64,000 bases of DNA from Rebecca billardiae RCC1528 (taxonomy: Eukaryota; Protista; Haptophyta): assembly GCA_965240325.2 (NCBI GenBank), contig OZ251230.1, forward strand, positions 992,001 through 1,056,000, given 5' to 3'. The notes under the pieces were generated by a model, which made no database searches, was not told the origin of the DNA, and saw only the letters and a program-made list of their open reading frames with translations. This document shows, one piece after another, positions 23,933 to 34,171 of the stretch. Made by a program: the position numbers and the translations under genes. Each line of letters begins with the position of its first letter. Position 1 is the stretch's first letter.

Positions 23933-25315
23933 ATGGACCCCGACCTGGAGCGCTCCGTCCGCGAGGCGCGAGAGCGCGTCGCGGAGCTGGACGCGTCGAT
24001 CTCGACGTTGAACGACCAAATCGGCGAAACCAAGGCAAAGAACAAGTGGATGGTGGGCGAAAAGTATGCGCCGCTCGCCGCCGACTGTGCGCGGCTCGCC
24101 CACCTTGCCTCGATCACGCAGCACGAGCGCGACGAGCTCGCAGACTTCCTCGCCGAGATGGACGCGGACACGATCCAAAAGGCCGTGAAGGGGCTGGGCA
24201 CCGACAAGTCTATGCTCGTCTACGTCTTGTGCCAGCGCACCAAGCTCCAGCTCCAGGCTGTCGCGCGCGCGTTCCGAGCCAAGTACGGCGCGGATCTGCA
24301 GGAGCGTCTTGACAGCGAGCTCAGCGGCGACCTGGGCTACTTCGTGCGCGCGCTCCTCACGCCGGACGTCGAGTACGACGTCGCACTCCTTGGTCGTGCC
24401 GTCGACGGCTGGGGCCAGGGCGACGAAGAGCTCATCGAGTTCCTCGGCACACGCTCGCCGCTCGAGATGAAGCGCGCGCTGCATGCGTATGCGGCGGCCC
24501 ACGGCGCGATTGAGGATAAGCTGCGCGGCTCGGCGGGTGGCGCGCGCAAGGCTTTTCTGTACGCCTGCCTCACGGAATCGCGCGTCGAGGCCGTCGCCGC
24601 CGACGACGCCGCCGCCGAGGCCGCCGCTGCTGAGCTGAGCGCTGCGGGCCTCGGCGGCGGCCAGTGGACGGGTGAGGACGCAGCCATCCTGCCCAGATTG
24701 GTCGCGACCGCGGCGGACGTGCAGACGGCGGCGATCGCGCGCGCGTTTCAGCGCTCGACAGGGACGAGCCTCCTCGAGGCGGCCAAGGCGGCCGACGAGG
24801 AGCTCGCCGCCGCGCTCAAGTGCCGGCTGATGACGCAGCCGCAGCTGCTCGCCGAGGGGCTGCGCCGCGCCTTCCACGGCTGGGGTACCGACGAGCGCGC
24901 GCTCGCGCGCATCTTTGCGAGGCACTCGCTGCGTGAGCTGAAGGAGGTGGGGCAGGCGTACCAGCAGGCGTACGGCGTGACGCTGGTGGACGACCTGCAG
25001 GCAGAGCTCGGCGGCCCCTTCGAGAAGCACTTCCGCGCGGCCATGCTGCAGCGGCTGACTGGTGTGTCGCCCAGCGGTGCGGGCGAGGACGAGCCGCAGC
25101 TCGACGGCCCGCACGAGGGCAAGCAACTCGAGGGCTTCGCGACGAGTGAGCTCGGCACGCGATTTGACACCTACGAAGAAGCAGCTCGCGCGTGCGTACA
25201 CCCATCGTCCAGTGCGGCGGGTGTCACGCGCTTAGGCGCCGAGGGGCCTTTCACGCTGCGCCTGAGCAATCAGCTCCAAGACTCGTCGCAGGGCGAGATC
25301 TCGTGGTTGCGATAG
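23933..25315 (+). CDS. Annexin with N-terminal coiled coil and extra C-terminal domain
   Basis: KGLGTDKSML..ELSGDL, GWGQGDEEL, HGWGTDERAL..ELGGPF. Confidence 0.92.
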   Translation: MDPDLERSVREARERVAELDASISTLNDQIGETKAKNKWMVGEKYAPLAADCARLAHLASITQHERDELADFLAEMDADTIQKAVKGLGTDKSMLVYVLCQRTKLQLQAVARAFRAKYGADLQERLDSELSGDLGYFVRALLTPDVEYDVALLGRAVDGWGQGDEELIEFLGTRSPLEMKRALHAYAAAHGAIEDKLRGSAGGARKAFLYACLTESRVEAVAADDAAAEAAAAELSAAGLGGGQWTGEDAAILPRLVATAADVQTAAIARAFQRSTGTSLLEAAKAADEELAAALKCRLMTQPQLLAEGLRRAFHGWGTDERALARIFARHSLRELKEVGQAYQQAYGVTLVDDLQAELGGPFEKHFRAAMLQRLTGVSPSGAGEDEPQLDGPHEGKQLEGFATSELGTRFDTYEEAARACVHPSSSAAGVTRLGAEGPFTLRLSNQLQDSSQGEISWLR

Positions 25316-25590
25316 ATAGGCGGCGGATGATGGCGCGCTGGAGACTGCTCATGCTGGTGCGGCGCGCGAGCGCGCGGCAAACTCTCACAACTGAGTCACA
25401 GTCCCCGTCCCGCTCGGGCCCCGATTCGTCATAGTATGACGCGACTCGCATCAGCGCGATTCTGACTTTCTGCTGCTGCGCATGATTGTGTCGTCGTCCG
25501 CCGTCCGGTCTGGTAAATCTGGTTGCTGCCGGACTGCAAGCGACTCGGGGCTTACAATACGACAGTTTACTAAAAATAAGAGACGCACAC

Positions 25591-27694
25591 GGGTGTGGAA
25601 GCGAGTTATACTATACCCAGGTGTGTTTGCTATAGAAGCCTTTCTATGGGAAAATTGAGGGGGTGGCGAATACAGCCTAGCTATAGGGTAGTTGCACCTA
25701 ACCATGCCCCAACCATGATGATACTGTAGTACATGCTGTGAGGATCAGCAGTGGCTGCCGGCTCTCGGTCTCGGCCAGCGACGAGGGAGGTGCCTATCCA
25801 ACCTAACCAGCCAACCATATTTCGGCAGCCAGCATGAGGATCAGCATGGCTGCCGTCTCTCGGGCTCGGCCAGCGACGAGGGGAGTGCCCATCCAACCTA
25901 ACCAGCCAACCATGTTTCGGCAGCCAGCATGAGGATCAGCATGGCTGCCGGCCGGCGCTCTCGGTCTCTGCCAGCGACGAGGGGGGTGCCTATCCAACCT
26001 AACCAGCCAACCATGTTTCGGCAGCCAGCATGAGGATCAGCATGGCTGCCGGCGCTCTCGGGCTCTGCCAGCGACGAGGGGGGTGCCTATCCAACCTAAC
26101 CAGCCAACCATGTTTCGGCAGCCAGCATGAGGATCAGCATGGCTGCCGGCTCTCGGTCTCAGGCCAGCGACGAGGGGGGTGCCTATCCAACCTAACCAGC
26201 CAACCATGTTTCGGCAGCCAGCATGAGGATCAGCATGGCTGCCGGCTCTCGGGCTCGGCCAGTGACGAGAGGGGTGCCCATCCAACCTAACCAGCCAACC
26301 AAGTTTCGTCGCCAGCAAGTGCGAGCATGAGCAAGGCTGCCGGCCGTCCATGCGTCCCGTGCGTCCGCGCGGCCGCCGCGGCCGGCCGGCCTGGACTCAC
26401 GGGACGCGAGAGGGGTGCCCATCCAACCTAACCACCCAACCAAGTTTCGTCGCCAGCATGAGCGCCAGCATGGCTGCCGGCTCTCAGCCAGCCGGCTGGT
26501 CGTGAGATGGTTGCCCATCCAACCTAACCACCCAACCATCGTGGTCACAGCATGCGCGAGCATCAGCATGGCTGCCGGCCCCCACCGAGCTTTGAGAAGT
26601 GGGGTGTGCCAACCTAACCTAACCACCCAACCATTTTCTCGTGTGCGCGTTAGTTAGCGCACGTCGCACGAGCGCAGCTGGTCCGTGCGGTGCGGGAGCT
26701 CGTGCGAGCAGCCACACTGCGAGTCCAGATTATGGCGGCGGGGACGCTACCGTCGTTTTCGCGCCGCTGCCGCTGCAACTGCTGGAGCGGCACCACGGCG
26801 GCTCGCCGCGCGGCGCCGGCGCTCGGCTCGCTCGCGGTCTGGCACGCTGGAAGAAGTCGTGTGCGGGTTGTTGTTGACAGACGCAAAATGGGGCGCGGGG
26901 GCGGGTGGGGCAGCTCGAGCCAGCTGACGCGCGGCATGCATCATGCACAGCGGGGAGGTCTGGGATGCACACCTCTCGTGCTGTGATCGAGGCGCGCGCA
27001 GCCCCGCGGAGGCCGCGCGGACCGTTCTCAGTAAGCCGCTGGCAGCAGCAGTGCGTTTCCGGCAGCGGGGAACAAAATGGGGGCGCGGGGGGCGCGGCAA
27101 GTGCGCCCTCGCGAGCGCCCGCATCGAGAGCATCGCGTCTTTGCCGCTCCTGGCGCAGCCACTACCGCGCCCGTCCCGGCGCTGCGCTGGCTCGGGCGGC
27201 GCGGGCGTCGCTAACGCCGATTCGCTTGATGAAAGGCCGCGAGTCCGCTCCGCGACGAAACTTGGTTGGGTGGTTAGGTTGGATGGGCACCCCACGTTCG
27301 TCGTCGGCGGCAAAGCGGCAGCCATCTTTATTCATAGATCACATCATCAGCGCATTGTTTTAATGTTTTTGAAATGCTTTTTTAAGATTCTTAGCTAGCA
27401 CGGGTGACGGGTCCGGTAATCGCTGTCCGGCTGGGAAGGTTAGCTGGTTAGGCACCAGCCGGCTGTCCGGTGAACTTGGTTAGGTCCGGTAGCGCAGTCC
27501 GGCTGTGATGGTTGGGCACTGGCGGCTCTGTCCGGCGACCTTGGTTAGGTCCGGTGATCGTAGTCCGGCTGGCCACTCTTGGAATGGTTGGGTGGTTAGG
27601 CTGTGGAAGGACGTTTTTGGGCCCCAACCAAATGTGGTGAGTAACCTACTGCTTACGGAAAAAGATTACTCCGGTGTGACTCGCTTCCATGGTC
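25591..27694. mobile_element. Non-autonomous TIR DNA transposon with 8-bp TSD (hAT/Merlin/Mutator-type), inserted in a family-1 repeat
   Basis: ACGCACAC duplicated at 25583-25590 and 27695-27702; imperfect TIRs share TGGAAGCGAGT/ACTCGCTTCCA; host repeat continues on both sides. Confidence 0.8.
25735..26635. repeat. About 95-bp tandem array (about 9 units) inside the TIR element
   Basis: CCAACCTAACC recurs at roughly 95-bp spacing; inverted partial copy near 27258-27292. Confidence 0.9.
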
Positions 27695-27872
27695 ACGCAC
27701 ACAGCTCAAGGCCGCAGGCGAGATTGACGCCGCGCCATAACTATGAATCTATTCACTGTCACCGCCCATGAAGCCGTCGCCGATGGTAGCGCCGCCGGAA
27801 GATTCGTTCAGCCGTCCGCCTGCGAGGCCTGGATGAGGGCTGCGGCCGCCTCGCGGCGCGCCAGCGCCCGTC
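27695..27872 (-). mobile_element. Family-1 dispersed element, inner part (its end lies at 25562-25590)
   Basis: Reverse complement matches 62874-63031 and 63088-63309. Confidence 0.85.
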
Positions 27873-28362
27873 GTCCTCGCCCCACCGTCGTCCACAAAAC
27901 GTCGTCGTCCGAACTCGCCGACTGGGCGCCGATGCGACAGCGCGCCCGAACAGGATGAGCATGTAGTAAGGAATGTGGAGCCCCACTGAACAGTAGTCCG
28001 GTCGTATTTTGTAAGCCCCGCTTGCTACTTGCTAGTTGCTGCAAGCTCTCCACTACTCTCCAGCACGGACCAGCAGCGCAGCGCCAGCACGGCGCAGCTC
28101 TCCACGCCCTTGTCTCCACTCTCCAAGCACGGACCAGCTGCGCAGCGCCAGCACGGCGCATTGCGACTGAGTGAGAAGTATCATCATCATGAGTCCGGCC
28201 TCCAAAGACCTTGAGTCCGGCGCCCTTGCCGGTGGTTGAATTTGCCGTCCCTCCGCAGGTCCTGCAGGTCCTGCAGGTCACGCAGCCTAGTCGTGCGCCT
28301 GTCGTCTGAATTGAGCCCACTTTTGCGGCGCCAAGAGGTCCCACTCTTGCGTGCGGCCGACG

Positions 28363-29551
28363 ATGGCTCGCGCCGCAATGCGCCATTTCCTTGGTCGTCT
28401 ACTCGTCGCGCTCGTGATCGCCGCGTCCGCGCAGGCTGTTACGCCCTTGCCACCACCGAGCCCGCCGCCCAGCCCGCCCCCGCCAAGCCCGCCGCCGAGC
28501 CCGCCGCCAAGCCCGCCGCCGAGCCCGCCGCCGAGCCCGCCGCCAAGCCCGCCGCCGAGCCCGCCACCGCCGAGCCCGCCGCCAAGCCCGCCGCCGAGCC
28601 CGCCGCCAAGCCCGCCGCCGAGCCCGCCGCCCAGCCCGCCGCCAAGCCCGCCGCCAAGCCCGCCGCCGAGCCCGCCGCCCAGCCCGCCGCCGAGCCCGCC
28701 GCCGACCCCGCCACCGAGCCCGCCGCCGACCCCGCCGCCGACCCCGCCGCCGAGCCCGCCGCCCAGCCCGCCGCCAAGCCCGCCGCCAAGCCCGCCGCCG
28801 AGCCCGCCGCCAAGCCCGCCGCCGAGCCCGCCGCCGACCCCGCCACCGAGCCCGCCGCCCAGCCCGCCACCGCCGAGCCCGCCGCCGAGCCCGCCGCCGA
28901 GCCCGCCACCGCCGACCCCGCCGCCGAGCCCGCCACCACCCTTGCCCCCGCCTTCGCCACCACCGCCTCCCTCGCCCTCACCGCCTCCGCCAAGTCCGCC
29001 GCCGAGCCCGCCCCCCGTGCCGCCGCCGAGCCCGCCGCCGCCGCCGCCGCTGCCACCAACGCCGCCAGCCCCACCTCAGCCACCGAGCCCACCGCCATCC
29101 CCGCCGCCCCCCCCACCCCCGCCACCACCGCCACCACCGCCACCACCGCCGCCGAGCCCACCGCCGCCACCAGCGCCACCGCCACCCTCGCCCTCGCCGC
29201 CGCCGCCAAGCCCACCGCCAAGCCCACCGCCGTCACCCCCTCCGTCGCCTCCGATTCCGCCGATGCCTCCGCCGAGTCCACCCCCGCCAGGCCTGCCACC
29301 CTCACCGCCGCCATCCCCTCCACCGTCGCCTCCGCCCTCGCCTCCTCCCAGTCCCCCAAGCCCGCCCTCGCCGCCCCCCAGCCCGCCGCCGCCGCCTCCA
29401 CCCCCATTCCCACCCCCAAGCCCGCCGCCGCCACCCCCGGATTCACCGCCATCGTTGCCGCCGCCACCCTCTCCGTCGCCTCCGCCGCCAAGCCCGCCGC
29501 CAAAGTACGACGAGCCTCCCAGCCCACCAGCGCCAGCACAGGCAGCGCCAT

Positions 29552-29582
<31 letters not shown>

Positions 29583-31434
29583 GCCGCCCTGCCCACCACC
29601 GAGCCCGCCGCCACCGCCGCTACCCCCTTCCCCGCCACCGTCTCCGCCGCCGCCCCCCATGCCGCCGACGCCGCCGCCGAGCCCGCCACCCCCACCGAGC
29701 CTTCCCCCGCCGCCAGGCCAGCCACCCGTGCCTCCGTCCCCGCCTCCGTCGCCGCCACCGCCGCCGCCGTCGTCGCCGCCGCCGCTCGAGAGCTACGACG
29801 GCACCAGGGACTACCTGCGCTGCCTCGCCTTGGATTCTGCGGCTACGTCTATCGGCGACTACCAGTGCAAGTCCATTCCTGACTGGCGCGATGCCGTCGG
29901 CACCATCCCGACGGAGCTGGGCAAGCTCACCGGGCTGGAGGAGCTCACCTTGGTGAACAAGCGCACGTCGGGCTCAATGCCAACGGAGGTTGGCAAGCTC
30001 ACGCGCCTGCACGACCTCGTGATCGGATGCGCGGGGGGCTCATGTGGCACGATCGACATCGGGCGCCTCCTGCCGACAGAGATCGGCTACCTCACCGCGC
30101 TCAACGACGTGTACGTTTCGAATGTCGACGCGGCCAGCTCGTCTATCCCGACTGAGATCGGTATGTGCACTGACCTCGAGCTCCTCGACGTCGAGGACGC
30201 ATCGATCGGCGGGACGATCCCGAGCCAGCTCATGCTGGGCAGCCTCACTTATCTGCGCTTCGACGTCGTGTCGTCGCTTGCGGGGACCATCCCCACCACG
30301 ATCGGCAACATCCTCACCGACCCCAACCCGAGTGCGCCGCTAGAGGAGGCGTTCGTCGAGCTGAACAACCTCCCTGCAGTCACCGGCACGCTGCCCACGG
30401 AGATCGGACGCATGAGCGGCGTGGTCGAGCTGCAGATCTCTCGCCTGTACAACATGGGCGGCTCGATCCCGACAGAGGTGGGCATGCTGGCGAGTGTGAG
30501 CGATCTGGAGTTGTACAACAACGACCTCGGTGGCGTGCTGCCCACCGAGCTGGCGTGGATCGCGACCAAGGCCTCTGTGCAGACGAGCGACGGCTCGGTC
30601 AAGCCCGGCTCGGGCGGTGGTCCCGTCGACATCCTGAAGGTGCACGGCAACGGGATCGGCGGCGTGATCCCGACTGAGTTCGGCCGCGTGATTGGCCTCT
30701 CCGAATGCGAGCTCGATCTGGCGAACAACCCCTTCTGGGTCGAGCTGGGCGTCGCCCAGCGCGACAACTCGTTCGAGCCGAACCCGATCGCCAAGTACTC
30801 GAAGGCATCCAGCTGCCAGCTGACGGTCGACTACGCCACGCCGCCCTCGCCGCCGCCCGCGGCGACGGGCGAGCCAGCCGAAGGCGTTGACGTCGAGGGC
30901 GAAATCATCCTGGGCGGCGACTGCGCGCAGTGCAGCAGCAGCGAGTTCAAAGACGGCGTGTGCGCGGGCGTCAGCCGCGGCCTTAACGTTGCCAAGAACC
31001 GGTGCAGCGTGACGGACTGCATCTGCGGCTCCATCGTCATCAAGTTCCTGATCCGGCAGGTGAGCGGCGAGTACACCGACAGCATCGCTGTGTCGGACAA
31101 GCTCAAGTCCGCCGACGTCAAGGCCCTCATCGCCAACTACGTCGCAGAGAACACGGGCGTGGCAGTGGCAGCGAACTCAGTCACCCTCATCCGCTTTACC
31201 GAGTTCAGCGTCCCAACGTCCTTCGAGCCGCCGCCCCCGCCGAGTCCACCACCCTCTTCGCCGCCGCCGGCAGCCGCGCCGACAGGCATCGCGTCGACGC
31301 TGACGGACGGCGAGCTAGCTGGAGCGATCATCGGCTCGGTCTTCGGCGGCTGCTGCCTCATCGGCCTCGCCTATGGCCTCTTCGTCTACTTCACCAAGCC
31401 TCCCAGCGGCTTCGAGCCAGCGACACGGGCCTGA
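28363..31434 (+). CDS. Extensin-like (SPPP)n + LRR type I membrane protein
   Basis: Signal peptide; about 450 aa Ser-Pro repeats; plant-type LRRs (GTIPTELGKLTGL, GTLPTEIGRM); SEA-like GSIVIKF region; TM AIIGSVFGGCCLIGLAYGLFVYF; short tail. Confidence 0.9.
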
Positions 31435-31695
31435 GCAACGAGATATCCGCCACCCGTTCCGCGAGCTCACATCGCATTCGTGTATGATTCGTGCAACTAC
31501 GCTACATGCCAGCACCGCCACAGTCGCAGCAGCGCAGGAAGACAGCAGCTGCCGTTGGCGTTAGACCGCAGTCTGGCAGTATTGTAGAGGCAGTACCAGA
31601 GTAGCAGCATCAGCATCTTCAGTATAGTTAACAGTCAGCATCATCTGATCGTCGTCATCATATCTGCATCAAAAACCAATAATATAATATAATAG

Positions 31696-33647
31696 CCAGC
31701 GAGCGCGGCCGCACCCAGACGCGCGAACGCGTGAGGTGACTAGGTCACACCCCCGAAGCCGTCCAGGATGCGACGCCGACCAGGAAGGACTCGCCGATGC
31801 ATTCGAGCAACTACGCCGACAGAAGCCGATGACCGCCTAGACGCCGAAGAGGAAGTACTCGATGGAGCACGTAGACCGCAGGCGCTGGCAGCCGACGCCC
31901 CCCCCCCCCCCAACGCAAGTTTGGGCAGAGCGCGGCGCCGCAGGAGGCAGAGGCCTCGAGGGCCTCCACCCCCCCCGACACCGCGCGCACCCAAGGCCAT
32001 GCCCACCCAGCAACCAGCAGGGTGGGAGGGCAGGGAGAAACAACTCCCAGAAACAACTCCCAGAGGAGGAGCAGCCACCAGCGCAGCGGTGACCAGAGCA
32101 GCCACGCCGGCCGCCGCGCCGCGGGTGCAGCCAGCGAGCGCGGCCGCACCCAGACGCGCATCGCTTGCCAAGCTGCTGAGCCAATCCAGGCCCGCGCCCA
32201 ATCCGGGCCTGGCTCGGCTTGACGACCGGAAAACCTCCAGGCAGCCGGACCCTGGCTGCCAGCCCGCCCTCATGAGGGCTACCGGTGAGTTATACCCGCA
32301 TAACCGAGCGGTTATACAACCATAACTCACTCGGTAGACCCACATGAGAGTAGATTGAGGTGGGGGCCGCGTTGATAAACGCGTGAGGTGACTAGGTCAC
32401 ACCCCCGAAGCCGTCCAGGATGCGACGCCGACCAGGAAGGACTCGCCGATGCATTCGAGCAACTACGCCGACAGAAGCCGATGACCGCCTAGACGCCGAA
32501 GAGGAAGTACTCGATGGAGCACGTAGACCGCAGGCGCTGGCAGCCGACGCCCCCCCCCCAACGCAAGTTTGGGCAGAGCGCGGCGCCGCAGGAGGCAGAG
32601 GCCTCGAGGGCCTCCACCCAGAAGGAGGTGGGGAATGCCACACCCCGCAGGGGTGGTGGCCGGGGGCCCGAAGAGGCAGAGGCCGCCGAAGGAGTAGCGC
32701 GAGGACCGAAGGCGGCAGAGGCCCAGAGGGGCTCCCCGCAGGGTTGTATGAGTAAGGACGATCCAGACGGCATGAGACAGTGGGCACGAAGACATGCGCG
32801 GCGGCGGCGGCGCAGGCGGGAAGCAGGCGCGAGACACGCACGCGTAGCGTGAGATAAGGTAGCAGGTCGCATCCCACACACAGCAGTGCACTGCAGACTG
32901 CAGAGGAGGCGGCAGAGAAGGAGAGAGCAGCACCCACCCGCCAGGCGATGAAGGCAAGCGAGACTGCGAAGCGTGAGAAGATTGCAGACGGGGACGCCTG
33001 GGAGCGGTTCCCAGGCGCCCCCATCGAAAGCAGAGCATGAGAAGATTGCAGACGGGGACGCCTCGAAGCGGTTCCGAGGCGCCCCCATCGAAAGCAGAGC
33101 ATGAGAAGATTGCAGACGGGGACGCCTCGAAGCGGTTCCGAGGCGCCCCCATCGAAAGCAGAGCATGAGAAGATAGATTGCAGACGGGGACGCCTCGAAG
33201 CGGCTCCGAGGCGCCCCCATCGAAAGCAGATAGAGCATGAGAAGATTGCAGACGGGGACGCCTCGAAGCGGCTCCGAGGCGCCCCCATCGAAAGCAGAGA
33301 GCAAGCAGGGCAGGTGCACGAGTGGAGAGAGCGAGGGCTGAGGGCGGCCTACCGCCGACGCACACGCACCTGGAAGAAACAACTCCCAGAGGAGGAGCAG
33401 CCACCAGCGCAGCGGTGACCAGAGCAGCCACGCCGGCCGCCGCGCCGCGGGTGCAGCCAGCGAGCGCGGCCGCACCCAGACGCGCATCGCTTGCCAAGCT
33501 GCTGAGCCAATCCAGGCCCGCGCCCAATCCGGGCCTGGCTCGGCTTGACGACCGGAAAACCTCCAGGCAGCCGGACCCTGGCTGCCAGCCCGCCCTCATG
33601 AGGGCTACCGGTGAGTTATACCCGCATAACCGAGCGGTTATACAACC

Positions 33648-33650
<3 letters not shown>
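31696..33650 (-). mobile_element. Non-autonomous element with split direct repeats (A-B-A-internal-B), retroelement-like
   Basis: A about 31726-31970 = 32378-32618; B about 32051-32324 = 33377-33650; AT-rich or microsatellite flanks; strand inferred from hairpin G-U pairs. Confidence 0.65.
32974..33299 (-). repeat. 5 x 64-bp tandem hairpin repeat
   Basis: Units start at 32974, 33038, 33102, 33166, 33238. Confidence 0.92.

Positions 33651-33728
<78 letters not shown>
33651..33728. repeat. (TA)n microsatellite
   Basis: Directly visible. Confidence 0.97.
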
Positions 33729-33734
<6 letters not shown>

Positions 33735-34171
33735 CTCCGAAGATTCAACGCCGCGCCGACTTCGTGTCGACGATCGGGCACTGCCGCCGACGAATCAGGA
33801 GACCCGCGTCGTCCTACCTGCTGTGTCGTTAAATCATAGATGAATGAGTATACTACGACAATACTGCTATAAGTATCGTCATTCGTCTGCTGTATAATAA
33901 TAATATTATATATATATATATATATAAGTGTTATTTATTATGTACTACTGTCTTATAATAATATTTGTTACAATGTACACTGATGCTGCTATATGACGAC
34001 GTCACATCAGCAGCAACGCAGCGCAGCCGCAGCGCAGGATCGCGCATGATGCGACTCTCGTCAGCACTTACTCAGCAGCAGGCGGTCAGATAGATGTGTC
34101 GATGACGACTCGGATCGTCAGCCTGCGGCACCGACGTGGCTCTGGGCTGCGGATGTGCCCGTGTGGCACTG

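Noticed and set aside
25735-26635. CRISPR-like array
   Set aside because: The inter-repeat segments are homologous to each other rather than unique spacers; no cas genes; eukaryotic context
25790-27600. Telomere or interstitial telomeric tract (CCTAA/TTAGG)
   Set aside because: Motifs are isolated within longer units inside a TSD-bounded element, not tandem telomeric repeats
31696-33650. Hammerhead ribozyme/retrozyme
   Set aside because: No CUGANGA...GAAA core found by eye on either strand
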